Assembly: GCF_018350175.1 (NCBI RefSeq)
Contig: NC_058368.1
Coordinates: 123,506,001-123,570,000 of the forward strand
Length of the DNA stretch: 64,000 bases
Direction: 5' to 3'
From: Felis catus
Taxonomy: Eukaryota
The notes beneath the pieces were generated by a model. That model worked only from the letters and a program-made list of their open reading frames with translations. It was not told where the DNA came from and did not search any database. This document shows, one piece after another, positions 24,512 through 37,535 of this stretch. The position numbers were made by a program, and so were the translations under genes. How positions within the stretch are numbered: position 1 is the stretch's first letter; each line of letters opens with the position of its first letter.

Positions 24512-26130
24512 CTAGATTGGTTTATGTTGAAAAAAGATAAGATCAGAATTGAGTAAAAAAGAAAAAGTGACAAATACTCCTTTAATATATATTGCTGTTT
24601 CCTATCAAAATTGATAGGATACCGAATTATTATTTAGTTCCCTACAGCCCAAATCAAATGAGGGAGGAAAAAAAAATTGTACTGGTAAATCAAGGTTGAA
24701 GAGTTATGTATTTCCACTACTCCCAGACTTTAGATGTCATAAAACATAATGTCTAAAATAGGAGAGCAATAAAAATGTGTCTGAGCACATTTGCGTTCAA
24801 TATATTTACTTTAGTGGTAACTCTGCACAATTTTACTCAATGAGGATGATCACACAGAACAAATAATGAAGAAGAATTGGAGAGGAATCTTGATCCTGGA
24901 TTGCAAATACTTTGTTCATTTGCCTCTGGCAGTCTCACCTTAATTCTAACAATGGCAATTTCATTTAACCTTTATCTAGGTTTAGTAACCAAGTGCCCAT
25001 TAGCTTAAATCCTATAGGAAGGATAAGCATTTGTCAAAGTAAACTGGCTATGAGCAATTAAAAGGTGACATTTACATTTAGGATTTCCTTTGGGTTTCTG
25101 ATTTGGGGCTTAAGAGACTTTGATTCCAGGTGAGAAAAAGACAAACAGCTGCCTTAACACCATAGGGTAGGTGAAGAGATGGAAAACCATGCAGCCCAGG
25201 GAAGGTGAAGAAAAGGCTCACAGAAGGAAGGAGCTGAGAGGCAACTTGGGAGGTTGGAAGGAAGTGGAGTGGAGACATAGGAGTGTTAGCTCTCCACATC
25301 TTGAATCCCAGTGAGCCCAGAGGCAGCTGTTCTTCAGTTTATCCCTTTATCCTTTTGTGAAGGACAAAATTCATTCCACTCAGAGATGTCCCTGCTCTTA
25401 TTCCAGCCATTATTTTGAAGCACAGAAAATAATGGGTTAAGTTATAGGAGAATAAAATATTCAACCCTTTAAAATATGAGAATAGAGGAATTCTGTGAGA
25501 TACATTATTTTCTGAATTCTTTTATAGTGTGTCTGTAGTAAAACCTGTAGTCGCTTAAATGGTATAATGAACATCATTTCCTAAGCACCATGAAAATTAA
25601 GTGTTTGAGGAGGAGCCCTGCTTTTTGCAGTCACTTGTCTTTATATTTTAACTACATGTCTATACTCTGTCTTCCAAGAAATAATTCTGGTCCTCAACAA
25701 TAGTCAAAGCCTGAGTGATGGGCACAGCTGTCAGGTTTCCCATCCCAAGAGCAGCTTTATACACCTGGTCACAGTCAATCACAGGGTATGATGCCTTTCT
25801 GTAACTATCAACCTACACTGCAACTAAGTAGCTGGCTAATATTTAGGAAAATAAACGAGAATCTCATGAGAAGGAATCAGGGCTCTTAGGAAAAAAGATT
25901 CCAAGCCTTGGAGCATTTTATGATTATTACATTATAATTGTCAAACACTATTTTAAATCACTGTGTAATACATAAAAGTTACCTGTTGGAAGAAACGAAA
26001 CAAAAAATTATAGATTAATGCAGTGAATTAAATCCATACTATATGTCAAGCACTATTGTAGGCATTTTCCTGAAATAAGCCTATCTGTCAACCAAAAAAC
26101 CCTGAATCACAAAGCTGTATTACAACTTAC

Positions 26131-26224
26131 TTCTAGGGTTAACAGTGATGTTCTATTAAGAAAATTCCTCCGGCAATACGCAATTTCAGAACGATAGCCT
26201 CCTTCTTGCCGGGACTTCTTCCAT
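26131..26224 (-). CDS. DHX29: DHX29 exon 23
   Basis: (G)WKKSRQEGGYRSEIAYCRRNFLNRTSLLTLE|gtaagt; 94 nt. Confidence 0.95.
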
Positions 26225-26626
26225 CTAGATAAATAAAATGACCAAAGTTCAACATGTTTTCTTTTCAAACTGTCTCTTTCAGAGGTACTAACCAAAGTAA
26301 GCTTTAATTAAAGTAAAATCATTTAAAAAGAGGAGGGGTCTTGATTGTTGTAGGAGCTACTAATTGAATATAAGAATTTGGCAATACTGTTATTTTTTAT
26401 GTATAATAGTAAATTATTAACTTCAAATATGAGGTAATACAGATACAATACAAAGTACATTGTTCTTATTTAGGAAGGATTATAAAAATATACCTTGACA
26501 GATGAAGTAACTAAAAATAAGTGTAAATCTTAGATGTATCTTTTTAATGAAAGTCAAAGATAAATTTTTTAAAGTAAATAGCCTCAGGTCATCGATTTAC
26601 TGACAACACCCAGATTATTTCTTTAC

Positions 26627-26763
26627 CCTAGGTATGCATTGTAGATCGTCAGGTGGTCTGAATCAGCCATAGCCAAAGCTGATTTTGCAAGATCTGCCTC
26701 ATCTTTTCGACCAATTGGTGTAGTAAAAGGAGACTTCTCTGTCATCACCGCAGCTAGTGTTGC
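26627..26763 (-). CDS. DHX29: DHX29 exon 22
   Basis: ATLAAVMTEKSPFTTPIGRKDEADLAKSALAMADSDHLTIYNAYL|gtaaag; 137 nt. Confidence 0.95.
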
Positions 26764-27529
26764 CTATCCATAAATAACCAAAAAAATTTATCATTAAGGA
26801 GGTATACACGAAAGACTGATTTGTAAAAGTAAGCAAATCATAAAATAATCCCACTTTCAAGTTGCAAGTTTCTTTAGTACCCTTATGGTGTTCTACAGTA
26901 GCTACCATTCAATTTTAATTCATTACTTTAGACTTCATTTTATGTAATTTAAAAAATATATCACTTTTATACCATATTTATAAAGAGGTCACATCACCAG
27001 AATCGGAGATAAAAACCTGTATGTGTGTATAGTGATTCATAGTCTGTCACACAGTTATATCTGGACTTTTGGCCTACTATATTTCTATGCCTGCAAGGCT
27101 TTTTCAATACTTCAAAAATAATTTGGAGTGTATGATGACCCATTTCTTACTGTTGCAGCTTTTCAAATTAATTATGACAGAGGTTATTTTTTGGACTCAA
27201 CACAATTCTGGTGAGTATTCCTAATAGTAGAGAAACAGACTAGAGTACATTACACTGTCTTCATTCTGTTTTTAAACAGCATTGATTTGTAGTCCCAGAA
27301 AAGGCCACAGCCTGATGAAACTGTAGGGTTGAAATGGAATAGCAGGCATATGAGCTCAGAGATTCAGAAAGAGGCACAAAGTTGGTTAATTCTGAGATAA
27401 TTAGGTAAAACTGAACTGCTGGTAATTGCTGGCTCAGAGAGATAATCCAGAAACAGAGAAGGAGAAAGTTTTTGATTCTACTTAAAAAAATCTGTGGGAT
27501 TCAAAGCTCCTTAAGAATCATCTACTATG

Positions 27530-27752
27530 GGGGCGCCTGGGTGGCACAGTCGGTTAAGCGTCCGACTTCAGCCAGGTCACGATCTCGCGGTCTGGGAGTT
27601 CGAGCCCCGCGTCAGGCTCTGGGCTGATGGCTTGGAGCCTGGAGCCTGTTTCCGATTCTGTGTCTCCCTCTCTCTCTGACCCTCCCCCGTTCATGCTCTG
27701 TCTCTCTCTGTCCCAAAAATAAATAAACGTTGAAAAAAAAATTTTTTTTAAA
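27530..27752 (+). mobile_element. Young SINEC_Fc-type SINE
   Basis: CpG-rich near-consensus copy; perfect 17-bp TSD aagaatcatctactatg (27513-27529 / 27753-27769). Confidence 0.93.
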
Positions 27753-28049
27753 AAGAATCATCTACTATGTACTCAAATATTTCAAGTGCGATTTTTGGTA
27801 GCAAAAGCCAAACCCATTTACAAAATAGTACCTCCAGCATACTTAAGTACATGGGTTAATATCTATGATCTTAAAAATAAATATTCAAAAATTCTCATCA
27901 AGCATTCAGACCTCCTGGTTTTAATGCTAGTACTGACATTCTATTAATTTAAAAAAAAAAAATCAAAGTTAAAAATTGCTTCCAAACTTAGTAATTCCCC
28001 AGCCAAAATGATAGTTAAAGTGAAGTAGCAAGATCATCATTTGTTTTAC

Positions 28050-28274
28050 CACTGGGTCAAGGCAGCCAAATATGGCACCAAAAATAAGCATCTTGCCAAT
28101 CTTGACATTCACAGGCAGGGCTGCAAGGTGCTGGCCCAACGGAGTCAGTGTAGGCTCATTTAGTTCACATGCTCCAATCTTTCGGAGTAAATTCATTGCA
28201 TTGCTGATCACTTGAAGCTGAGGAGGATCTAAAGCTTTGGCAAGGAAATCTTCAGGAGAACCAAGACTGCATTT
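28050..28274 (-). CDS. DHX29: DHX29 exon 21 (HA2 region)
   Basis: KCSLGSPEDFLAKALDPPQLQVISNAMNLLRKIGAC...LTPLGQHLAALPVNVKIGKMLIFGAIFGCLDPV|gtaaaa; 225 nt. Confidence 0.96.
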
Positions 28275-28464
28275 CTGCAAATTAAAAAAGCGATCAGTCA
28301 GTATGTTGTTAGAAAGAACTGACCAAAGAGATGGTCACATTGGAACTAACTTTAGGTAAAATTTTGAGCAAAGAGGATAAATGTCTGAGGAAGGCTATCC
28401 TGTTATAATCCCAAGTGTGTGAGAAACTGTGTATGTGTTAAGGGCTGGCATGAGAACAAGACAT

Positions 28465-28686
28465 CAGGGTTTCTCAGTCTCCACACTGTTGTTATTTGGG
28501 GCCATATAATTCTTTAAATGACTGTGCTGTGCACTATAGAATGTTTAGCAGTTCCCTGGTTTCTACCTACTAGATGCCCATATAGCATGGCCTCCCTCTC
28601 CTCCCAGTTCTGCCAACCAAAAATGTCAGAAAACATTGCCACTTATCCCCTGGTGAGCAATACTGCCCCCAGCTGACAACTAATGG
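28465..28686. mobile_element. MER20 (hAT-Charlie)
   Basis: 'gtgcactatagaatgtttagcagttccctggtttctacctactagatgcc...caaccaaaaatgtc'. Confidence 0.8.
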
Positions 28687-28918
28687 TCTAGGTACTGAGA
28701 CTGTATTTTAGTCTACAAAATATGAGTGTCTCTGGTAGAATTAAAGCACAGTGGGTTTGTTTACTTATAAAGAAAATGGGGAGGGGTATTTACTAAAAAG
28801 TAAATAAGATACTTGGAAATCTAGGAGAGGGGAAGTTTACATCTTTTTTTTTTTTTTTTTTTTTAGAAAGGGGCAAAGAATGAAAACGTTAGTAACACCT
28901 GAGTTCCTTTAGAATTAC

Positions 28919-28994
28919 CATAATATGAAGACATAACTCCTCCAGAGGCACACGCAAAATTTCAGGGACAGAATAGTCCATAAAACCTTCAAAT
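28919..28994 (-). CDS. DHX29: DHX29 exon 20
   Basis: (R)FEGFMDYSVPEILRVPLEELCLHIM|gtaatt; 76 nt, follows an 87-nt intron. Confidence 0.95.
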
Positions 28995-29081
28995 CTGAAA
29001 AATAATATTAAACACTTTACATATTATCAGAAATGCCACACTATAATCGTTTGTTTTTCAATTTCCAGTGCTATGTTGTAC

Positions 29082-29210
29082 CTTTCTCTTGTGTACATTC
29101 GGAAGCAGAAGCCATCTCTGACCCTCCCAGCTCTGCCCTGGCGCTGCAGAGCACTTGCTTTACTGACAAATGTCTCAACCAAAGAACTCATCTGACTGCT
29201 TTCATGGTAC
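29082..29210 (-). CDS. DHX29: DHX29 exon 19
   Basis: (K)YHESSQMSSLVETFVSKASALQRQGRAGRVRDGFCFRMYTRE (motif VI QRxGRAGR)|gtacaa; 129 nt. Confidence 0.96.
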
Positions 29211-30079
29211 CTAAAGGAAAGTTTTAGGAGAGAATATTTAGATCAAGGACTTAAAATCTGAAAAAGCTGGAAATACGTGACTCTTAAAATTACACTGAAG
29301 ACAGCTTAAAATAGTCTATCATAATTGTGGACCAATATTTTCCAAATCATGTTTCATATTTAAATAATTTAGCAAACACTGCAAACTAAATCTCATACTA
29401 TCAAAAACTCTGGCACAAGGAAAAAACTTGTTTAACTTGCCCTTTTCCAAATTAATCTGACCACTGCCTCTAGGTAGTCATATGCACTGCCAAATATTGC
29501 TGAATTTTCCTAATACAGGGACAGTGTATATATGGATTACAATAGACTACTAAGGTGGTCTTCTCTGTTTTTGCAATATAAACATTAAAATGTTTAAAAA
29601 GCAGTAATCTGAATCTGAAGATTCAGGTAAGGTTATCTGTTAAGTGCCAGTTATTATAACAGGTACGTTCAATTATGAAAAATATTCATGCTCCCCATTT
29701 ACAAATGAGGGAACTGACGATTATATTTAATGGTATTATTACTTGGTAAAGATTACAGATCTGAGATTTAAATCCAACTTTGATTCCAAAACTCACACTG
29801 TTAAAACCTCACAAATAATTATTGTTTCTCTAAAGCTATTTTGCAAACAAATTTACAAAAAATTATGTTCTGAAAATTTTCTTGGAGAGCAGTTTTCTGC
29901 AAGAAGCAGAACACTGGCATTACTTATAGGAACGCACATGGCATGATACTCTTGGGTACTGGAAAGTTTCCCATAGTTTCTCTGAGGCTTTGGGTAGAAT
30001 TAGGACATTGGGATTTTCCCTATAGGATTCTGAGATTTCTCCTAAGAATTCGAGAGCCCCAAACCCTTTTCAAACTTAC

Positions 30080-30168
30080 TTATTTTCTTTTGTTCTTCCA
30101 GTGTCAATTACAAATACAACATCTGGAATAGTGATACCTGTCTCTGCAATATTTGTTGCTAAAACAAT
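30080..30168 (-). CDS. DHX29: DHX29 exon 18
   Basis: IVLATNIAETGITIPDVVFVIDTGRTKEN (motif V)|gtaagt; 89 nt. Confidence 0.96.
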
Positions 30169-30588
30169 CTGAAAATAAAGAAAAAGCCAAAACATTAGTT
30201 AACAACTTCCAGCAATGTGCCATTATTTAAACTTTAGTTTGAGGTGATGCATTTTAAAAAGCGAATCTCAACATTAGTTATAAAAATCCATCACCTACTT
30301 GCTGTTACTGTGTAATTTTAACTTGTTGTAATTAGTTTCATCACTTCAGCTTGCCAGTTAAAGTTACAGATTTTTATTCCAACAAAAATACCATTCCCCT
30401 AATTCTAGTCAGTCATCTTAAAAATGATGTTAAGTAGCTGGGAAATTGGGTCAGAGAATAGAGACAGCTATGCACAATCACTCCAAATTATTGGAGAAAA
30501 AATAGTACATCAGTGAGAAGTGGGTTGCTGCCTTGGCTTATTATCCCTGTGACCACATCCCATGTTAGATCCAATTCTAGTTTTAAAA

Positions 30589-30788
30589 TTCTTTTTATTA
30601 TTTATTTATTTTTGAGAGATTGAGCAAGCAGGGAAGGAGCAGAAAAAGAGGGAGAGAGAGAATCCTAAGCAGTTCCTGCACTGTCAGGTGGAGCCGACAC
30701 AGGGCTTGAACTCACAAATGGCGAGATCATGACCTGAGCAGAAAACCAAGAGTAGGACACTTAACCAAATGAGCCACCCAGTTGCCCC
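30589..30788 (-). mobile_element. Can-SINE
   Basis: Reverse-complement head and poly-T tail. Confidence 0.85.
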
Positions 30789-31650
30789 TCTCGTTCTAAA
30801 ATTGTTAATGGTGATGACTAAATGGTGCACTTTTTGCATTTTCCCTTCTGTATTCTTGGAGAAAACATTTTGGGAATTCCGCATCAAATATTCAATGTAT
30901 ATTGCTCTATATCAACTCTGTATTTTGATAGTGAATGCTTGTTTCTCTTATTCATTTGACCTAGGAAATAATACTGGGTTCTCAGACTTAGATGGGACCT
31001 AGGTACTCATTCTACCTCAGTAGCATCTATTTTTTTTTTTTTTTAAAGAGGTTGAACTCTTTTCTTTAAACCAAATCTTTGAGGGAAGCTAAAATGTTAC
31101 AGATCAGAACAGCCTCAGAACCCAGGCTCCTGCACTGCAGTCCAGGCTTTCTGGGAGCTCTAGTATTCCCTACAGTTCTTATATGGTACCCTTTATCCCC
31201 TTCTAAATCTGAGAAACTGTCTACCAAGTATCTCTTCATTCAGAATCCTCAACAGAGGAGACAATGAAAATACTGAGACTATTTCCTAACCTAATGGTCT
31301 ATGCATTAAAAACATAATCCAGGATGAATACATGTAGAACAACAATGAATCTGTACAGGATTCAAATAGCTCCTGACATCCAACATCTTTCATGAAAAGG
31401 ATGGGAAAAGTAGTGATTTTTCTTCCCACAAGCGAAAGTGATGCCATGTTTTTCAACTGTCATTCCCCTAAAAGTCTTGTCCCTTTAATAATGTATACTA
31501 TAAATTTTCAAATACTTAAGTATTGGGTTCACTTTCTCATTATGTTAAGCTAGTGAGCATCTGGAGTCTGCCATGAACTGTGAGACACTTAATTACATTT
31601 TCATGAAATATTCAACAGATCACACATAAATTTGCTGTACTGAATTTTAC

Positions 31651-31735
31651 CTTCCTGACTCCAGGAGGAGGAAGTGTGAATGCTGCAGCTTGGTCTTGAG
31701 TTGAAAGAATAGAATGCAGAGCTATCACTTTATAT
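31651..31735 (-). CDS. DHX29: DHX29 exon 17
   Basis: (R)YKVIALHSILSTQDQAAAFTLPPPGVRK|gtaaaa; 85 nt. Confidence 0.95.
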
Positions 31736-32344
31736 CTGAAAGTTAAAATCATAGTTCTTAGCAAGAGTTTCTCTTTAGAAGACACTGCAAAGAATAACAA
31801 AATTTATTTGCAAATAGAAAGCAATTTAAAAAATTTTTTATTACGAAAAAATTTAAACACCTAAGTTCTGAGAATGGTACAATGAAACCACATACATTCA
31901 TCAAAGAGAAAATAATATGAATTTATATGGAATATAAGGTTTAAAGAATTTTCAAAATATGCTTGGATACTGCAGTGATAACCATGATAGCAGTAATAAA
32001 CTGTATCAAAACAGATACAGTAAACAGCTGAATACCTATATCTGAATGATAAGTTGCACTCTGTAGGGGTTTTGCACTATCCAGTGGGTTGGGGAGGTGA
32101 GTCACTATCTTATTCTGAACCACAGGATTCCCTCTGTTTAATGAATTAAAGATACAGAACAAAAGCAGAAAGCATACGTAAAATTTTTAGTACATTTAAT
32201 GCTATAATAGAAATGTTAAAAACCTTACTTCACTTTAGACAATTTTAATTAAAGGTAAAAAGACTGAGAATTCTAAGAGTTTTAATATACAAAACATTTT
32301 TTAATTTTAAAACTACTTGGAATATAATGAAGATCTGTGGTTAC

Positions 32345-32462
32345 CGTTCAGAAAAAAACCTTCTGTCAGTTGACAGGAGATCATACAGCTGTTGAATATG
32401 AGCGAGGCCTGGTAAAAAGATCAACACTGCTCCTTCAACATTTCTGAATTGGGGACTTCTGT
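32345..32462 (-). CDS. DHX29: DHX29 exon 16
   Basis: (D)RSPQFRNVEGAVLIFLPGLAHIQQLYDLLSTDRRFFSE (motif IV)|gtaacc; 118 nt. Confidence 0.95.
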
Positions 32463-32598
32463 CTGAAATTTTTAAAAAGATAACAATATTCAACATAAGA
32501 AAAAAGGTAAGGAATAGCATATAACATGTTAATAAAATGTTTCCAGTTAGAAAAGTTTTATCAAAACGAATAGAGTCAGATTAGTAAAAGATACATAC

Positions 32599-32743
32599 CT
32601 AAATATATAAGAAGTTCCAAAATGAGATCAAGGTTGATTTTATGAGGATTCATGTAGAGAATAGCATGCTGAGTGCGGCTACTATACTTTTGGTAAAATG
32701 GATTCAAATCAGCACTTGACCCAGTCTGAACTGGTATATATTC
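32599..32743 (-). CDS. DHX29: DHX29 exon 15
   Basis: EYIPVQTGSSADLNPFYQKYSSRTQHAILYMNPHKINLDLILELLIYL|gtatgt; 145 nt. Confidence 0.94.
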
Positions 32744-32904
32744 CTAAAAGAAACACAATCAGAAAATGGTGAACAAAAATATTAAATATTTTTATAAGAC
32801 AAAGAAGGATGCAAATCTGCCCTTCTTATCATTATTTTGTTAAAATACAGCAAGGGTACAATTTTTAGTAAGTATTAAGAAGTATTAAAAATTTTCACAT
32901 CTCA

Positions 32905-33100
32905 TGGGGTGCCTGGGTGGCACAGTCGATTAAGTGTCTGACTTCGTTTCGGCTCAGGTCATCATCTCGTGGTTTGTGAGATCAAGCTCCAAGTCGGGCT
33001 CTGTGCTGACAGTGCATAGCCTGCTTGAGATTCTGTCTCTCTCTGCCCCTCCCCCACTCACAATGTTTCTCTTTCTCTCTCTCAATGTAAACTTAATTTT
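32905..33100 (+). mobile_element. Can-SINE
   Basis: Head and CT tract. Confidence 0.85.
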
Positions 33101-33262
33101 TTTTAAATTTCACGTTTAATTTCATTCAACATTCTTAAGTACAGCAAAACTTTTTATCTTTTCATGTACATACTAAATTAAAGAAGAACGGAAGAAAAAC
33201 AGAACAGTGTATGCACTGTTCTGTGGCAACTAAGAAGCAGGTCAAGAGAGGTCATAACTTTT

Positions 33263-33463
33263 GGGGCGCCTGGGTGGTGCAGTCGGTTAAGCGTCCGACT
33301 TCAGCCAGGTCACGATCTCGCGGTCTGTGAGTTCAAGCCCCGCGTCAGGCTCTGGGCTGATGGCTCGGAGCCTGGAGCCTGCTTCTGATTCTGTGTCTCC
33401 CTCTCTCTGACCCTCCCCCATTCGTGCTCTGTCTCTCTCTGTCCCAAAAATAAATAAACGTTG
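33263..33463 (+). mobile_element. Young SINEC_Fc-type SINE without poly(A) tail
   Basis: Perfect 18-bp TSD aagagaggtcataacttt (33244-33261 / 33464-33481). Confidence 0.93.
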
Positions 33464-34269
33464 AAGAGAGGTCATAACTTTAACAAGTAGTTTATACCTG
33501 CCTCATTCCTATTAGATTCTACTTCGGTTGCTAAAGTCCAGTCACCTCTTTTGAAATACCTTTAATTTTCTGAAGTCTTTCTTTAGTTTCTAATTTCTAA
33601 CTCTGGAGTTTTAGGGAAAGATTTTAGTTTTTGCTTCCTTCATTTATCTGCTTAACTAGAAGACAAAGTAACTTTGTGTTTCCATCAGATTGGATATAAG
33701 CATGAAATATTGTGGATACAATAAAAATACTGGATATAGTACCACTGGCTAAAATGCAGGCTAATGTGGTTTTATGACAGCTCTAAAAACAAACATGTCA
33801 CTGAAACTAACTCTCTAGGAAGAACTGTGCTTGCCCTAGACAGCTTCTCTATATAGCTCGGGTTGGCTTGTACCAGGACAGCTGCTGAGAGAACCAATGG
33901 CAAGGATCGATCTCGACTTTGGGCCTGCCCCACCCTCAACATGTAAGATGTTCAGATAAAATACAGAAAATCATTACAAATTTACTCCTAAATAAGTGAT
34001 CATTGCTCTGAAGCAGTAAAGGTTGCCTCTTATTTATATGCTCCTTGATTTTTTTACGGGTATCTATAGGGCCAAAATAGTGAAAGAAGATAAAATACCG
34101 TAAACCAAAGACTGAAGATTATTTCAAATTTTGCTCAAAATCCTATCTCTTCCTCTTCTCCCAAATTGTACTTGAATTCACTGTGCCAGCCATATGATTT
34201 TAAACCTCTCATGGAATGTTATACTTTGGATATCACTATCAGATGTCTTTGAAAATGTTTTCTTTTTAC

Positions 34270-34410
34270 CTGGTACTTTTTTATTCCCCCTGCTTTGCTT
34301 GTAACATTAATGGTTATTTCTTCTTCCTCCTCCAGAAATTTCTGACAATATTCTGAGTCTTTCTCCAGTACAAATCCTGTTTCTTCTATTATATCTTCAA
34401 GATGAAAAAC
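34270..34410 (-). CDS. DHX29: DHX29 exon 14
   Basis: VFHLEDIIEETGFVLEKDSEYCQKFLEEEEEITINVTSKAGGIKKYQ|gtaaaa; 141 nt. Confidence 0.94.
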
Positions 34411-35046
34411 CTACATAGATTAAGGTATATGAATGGTAAGTTCAAATCCATTTCGGTAAATACCATTTTAAAGAGAACAATGGGATCATTGTCTTTTGAA
34501 TGTTACCAAATGTTAATTTAGAATATTATGAGAAAAGCTTCTTTCTGCATTATTTGGGAATGGAAAACTTTGTTGATATAGATGAGTCTGTCCCTAGAAG
34601 TCTCTGGACAAATTACATTATGGTGTATATTTTTTATTTGTGAAAACTGGTTAAAAGAGCAGTCTTTATGAGCTGAACCCAAAGAACAAACATTAATAGA
34701 ATAAGCAGAAAGGAAGCTTCAAAAACAAGCCTAAATTTGAGAGTTGGGTGAAAAAGGAGTTCCTTACTGCCACCTTCAATCTGGATATAATGGTTTGGAC
34801 ACAGAAGTGTGTTTTACGTTCTATACTTCTCAGGTGTATCTTTCAGCAGAATTGTCCCTTCCAGCCTCCCCACCCTCAATCCAGGCATCACTAGCTATCT
34901 GATTCCTGAGCCATCTCCAAGTTCTCTCTTGACCTGCAGTACTGTAGGAATAGGTATGGGCTCAGATGACTAGAGCCTGTCTTCTGGTGAAACTCCCTGG
35001 TAGGAATGTAGTTTCTGTTCATATAGGTGTTTTAAAGAAAACTTAC

Positions 35047-35223
35047 CTCCACAGGATAGCTTCTTCCTGAAATTCTAAGAATAGGGCAGTGTGTGAAATA
35101 CGTGGAAAACTTTTCACTGTCTACAGTGGCACTCATTAGAATCAAGTGTAGATCAGAGCGTTTCTGTAAAATTTCCTTCAAGATAATTAGTAAGAAGTCT
35201 GACTGGACGCTTCTTTCATGAAC
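35047..35223 (-). CDS. DHX29: DHX29 exon 13
   Basis: VHERSVQSDFLLIILKEILQKRSDLHLILMSATVDSEKFSTYFTHCPILRISGRSYPVE (motif III SAT)|gtaagt; 177 nt. Confidence 0.96.
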
Positions 35224-35435
35224 CTAGTATAAAATGGAACAAAAAAACTGAATCATACATAAGGGCTACTGAGAGACTAAAATAATTAGACACTCAAATC
35301 TACTAAAAGTTCATATTTATAGTCAGCACATGAGGACGGAGAGAGAAGCTGTATGTTTCAAATGAAATGGTAATCTGCTGTGCAAGTCCCTGAGACTTTA
35401 TCCTAATGTGTTGGGGCAGTGATGAAAACACGTTA

Positions 35436-35730
35436 GGGGCACCTGGCTTGCTCAGTCGGTGGTGTGTGATTCTTGATTTCAGGGTTGTGAGTTTGAGCAC
35501 CATGTTAAGTATACAGATTAGAGATTACTTAAAAATCTTTACAAAAAATAAGGGGCACCTGGGTAGCTCAGTCGGTTGAGCATCCAGCTCTTAATTTCGG
35601 CTCAAGTCATGATCCCAGGGTTGTGGGATCACGCCCTGTGCTGGGCTCTGTGCTGAGCACAGAACCTGATTAAGATTCTCTCTCTCTGCCCTGCTCACAT
35701 GTTCTCTCTCTCTCTAAAAATAATTTAAAA
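35436..35730 (+). mobile_element. Two tandem older Can-SINEs
   Basis: Two ggggcacctgg heads at about 35436 and 35552. Confidence 0.82.
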
Positions 35731-36544
35731 AATTTTTTACACAGAGGAATCATGTAGTCTGAGTTCAACTTAAAAAAGAAAACTGGCTATAATATGGAAA
35801 ATGTCGTAGAGGACAGCAACAGAAAAGTTTCAAATAGAGGTTTTGTAGTACTTAAAGAAATAATAGTAGTCTATATGAGGGCAATGCCATTTGAATATGG
35901 AGAAAAGTGAATGAATTTGAAACGAGTAGAATCAACTGGTGTAAGTGATGGGATGTGGGAGGAAGAAGGAATAATCCTAGTTTTACTTTTACCAGGATAT
36001 TTATGTCTGAAAGTCATGAGTGATTTCCTGATGGTAAGGCAAATCTGAGTTAGCTCATCAAACAGATGTTAATTTATGCAGAAAATGATTTTTTTTTTTA
36101 AGAAAAAATAAGGGTAGATCATAAAATAGAGCTAAAAAAATGTGTATGTTATTAAGCACATTCTGCAGAGGTAGGCAACATCTGGCTGTAAACATACTAG
36201 CAACCAGCAAGAAAAGCTATTTAACGCACATAGTGACCATAAACTAAAACAAATCATACAACTATCTGTAAGAATAAGGTAGATGTACTATTCTGAGTGT
36301 TACCAAAAAGAAAGGTCCTGAATAGCATAATGAACTCTGTAACATATGTAACATGTTACATCCTTATATTTAACATGATGAATTTCACTGAGCTTTTTCT
36401 TTGTTTTTACCAGATTGTTCAAGATGTTAACAGTATTACACTTAAGCACAATTCAGTAAATCATGTAACAGAATGCTAATACTAAACCATGAAAGAACAG
36501 CTTCCTGAAGTTGATCTGGCTTTTCAATGAGGGTTCACTCTGAG

Positions 36545-37535
36545 GCAAAAATATATAATAGGGAAAAGACAGTCTTTTCAATAAAGGGTGTTGGGAAAAC
36601 TAGACCACCTTCTTACACCAAACACAAAATAAAATGGATTAAAATTCTAAATGTGAGACCTGAAACCATAAAACTCCTAACAGAAAACATAGGCAGTAAT
36701 CTCATGGACATTGGTCTTAGCAACATATTTTTATGAATTATGTCTCTTCAGGCAAGGGAAACAAAAGCAAAAATAAACTATTGGGACGACACCAAAATAA
36801 AAGCCTTTTGCACAGTGAAGGAAACCATCAACAAAAGAAAGGCAACTTAATAATGGGAAGAGATACCTGCAAATGATATATCCAAGAAGGGGTGAATATC
36901 CAAAATACATAAAGAACTACAACAACTCAACACCAAAAAAACACAATTAAAAAGTGGGCAGAGGACCTGAGTAGACATTTTTTCAATTAAGACATATAAA
37001 TGGCCAACAGATATATGAAAAGATGCTCAACATCACTCATCATCAGGGAAACGCAAATCAAAACAATGAGATACCACCTCAAAACACTGAAAATAGCAAG
37101 AATTAAAAAGATTAAGTGTCGGTGAGGATGGGAAGAAAAGGGAATATTCATGCACTTTTTTGGGGAATGTAAACTGGGCAACCACTATGGAAAAGAGTCC
37201 GAAGTTCATCAAAAAATTATAAACAGAAATACAGAATGATCCAGTAATTCTATTACTGGGAGTTTACCCAAAGAAAACAACGACACTAATGCGAAAAAAT
37301 ACATGCACCCATGTTTACAGCAGCATTATTAACGAGGGCCAAGATATGGAAGCAGACCAAGTGTCCATCCGTAGATGAATGGATAAAGAAGATATGGTAT
37401 ATATACAATGGAATATACAATGAAATATTAGCCAAAAAACAGAATGCAATCTTACCATCTGCAATAACATGGATGAATGAAGAGATTATTATGCTAAGTG
37501 AAATAAGTCAGACATAAGGCAAATAACATGAAAAA
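36545..37535 (+). mobile_element. L1 ORF2 3' fragment
   Basis: KWIKILNVRPETIKLL.ENIG and MFTAALLTRAKIWKQTKCPSVDEWIKKIWYIY, typical L1 ORF2 C-terminus. Confidence 0.9.

Noticed and set aside
26764..28049. Possible U12-type intron (TCCTTAAT branch-like motif and weak pyrimidine tract before exon 22)
   Set aside because: The donor is GTAAAAC, not the U12 consensus RTATCCTT.
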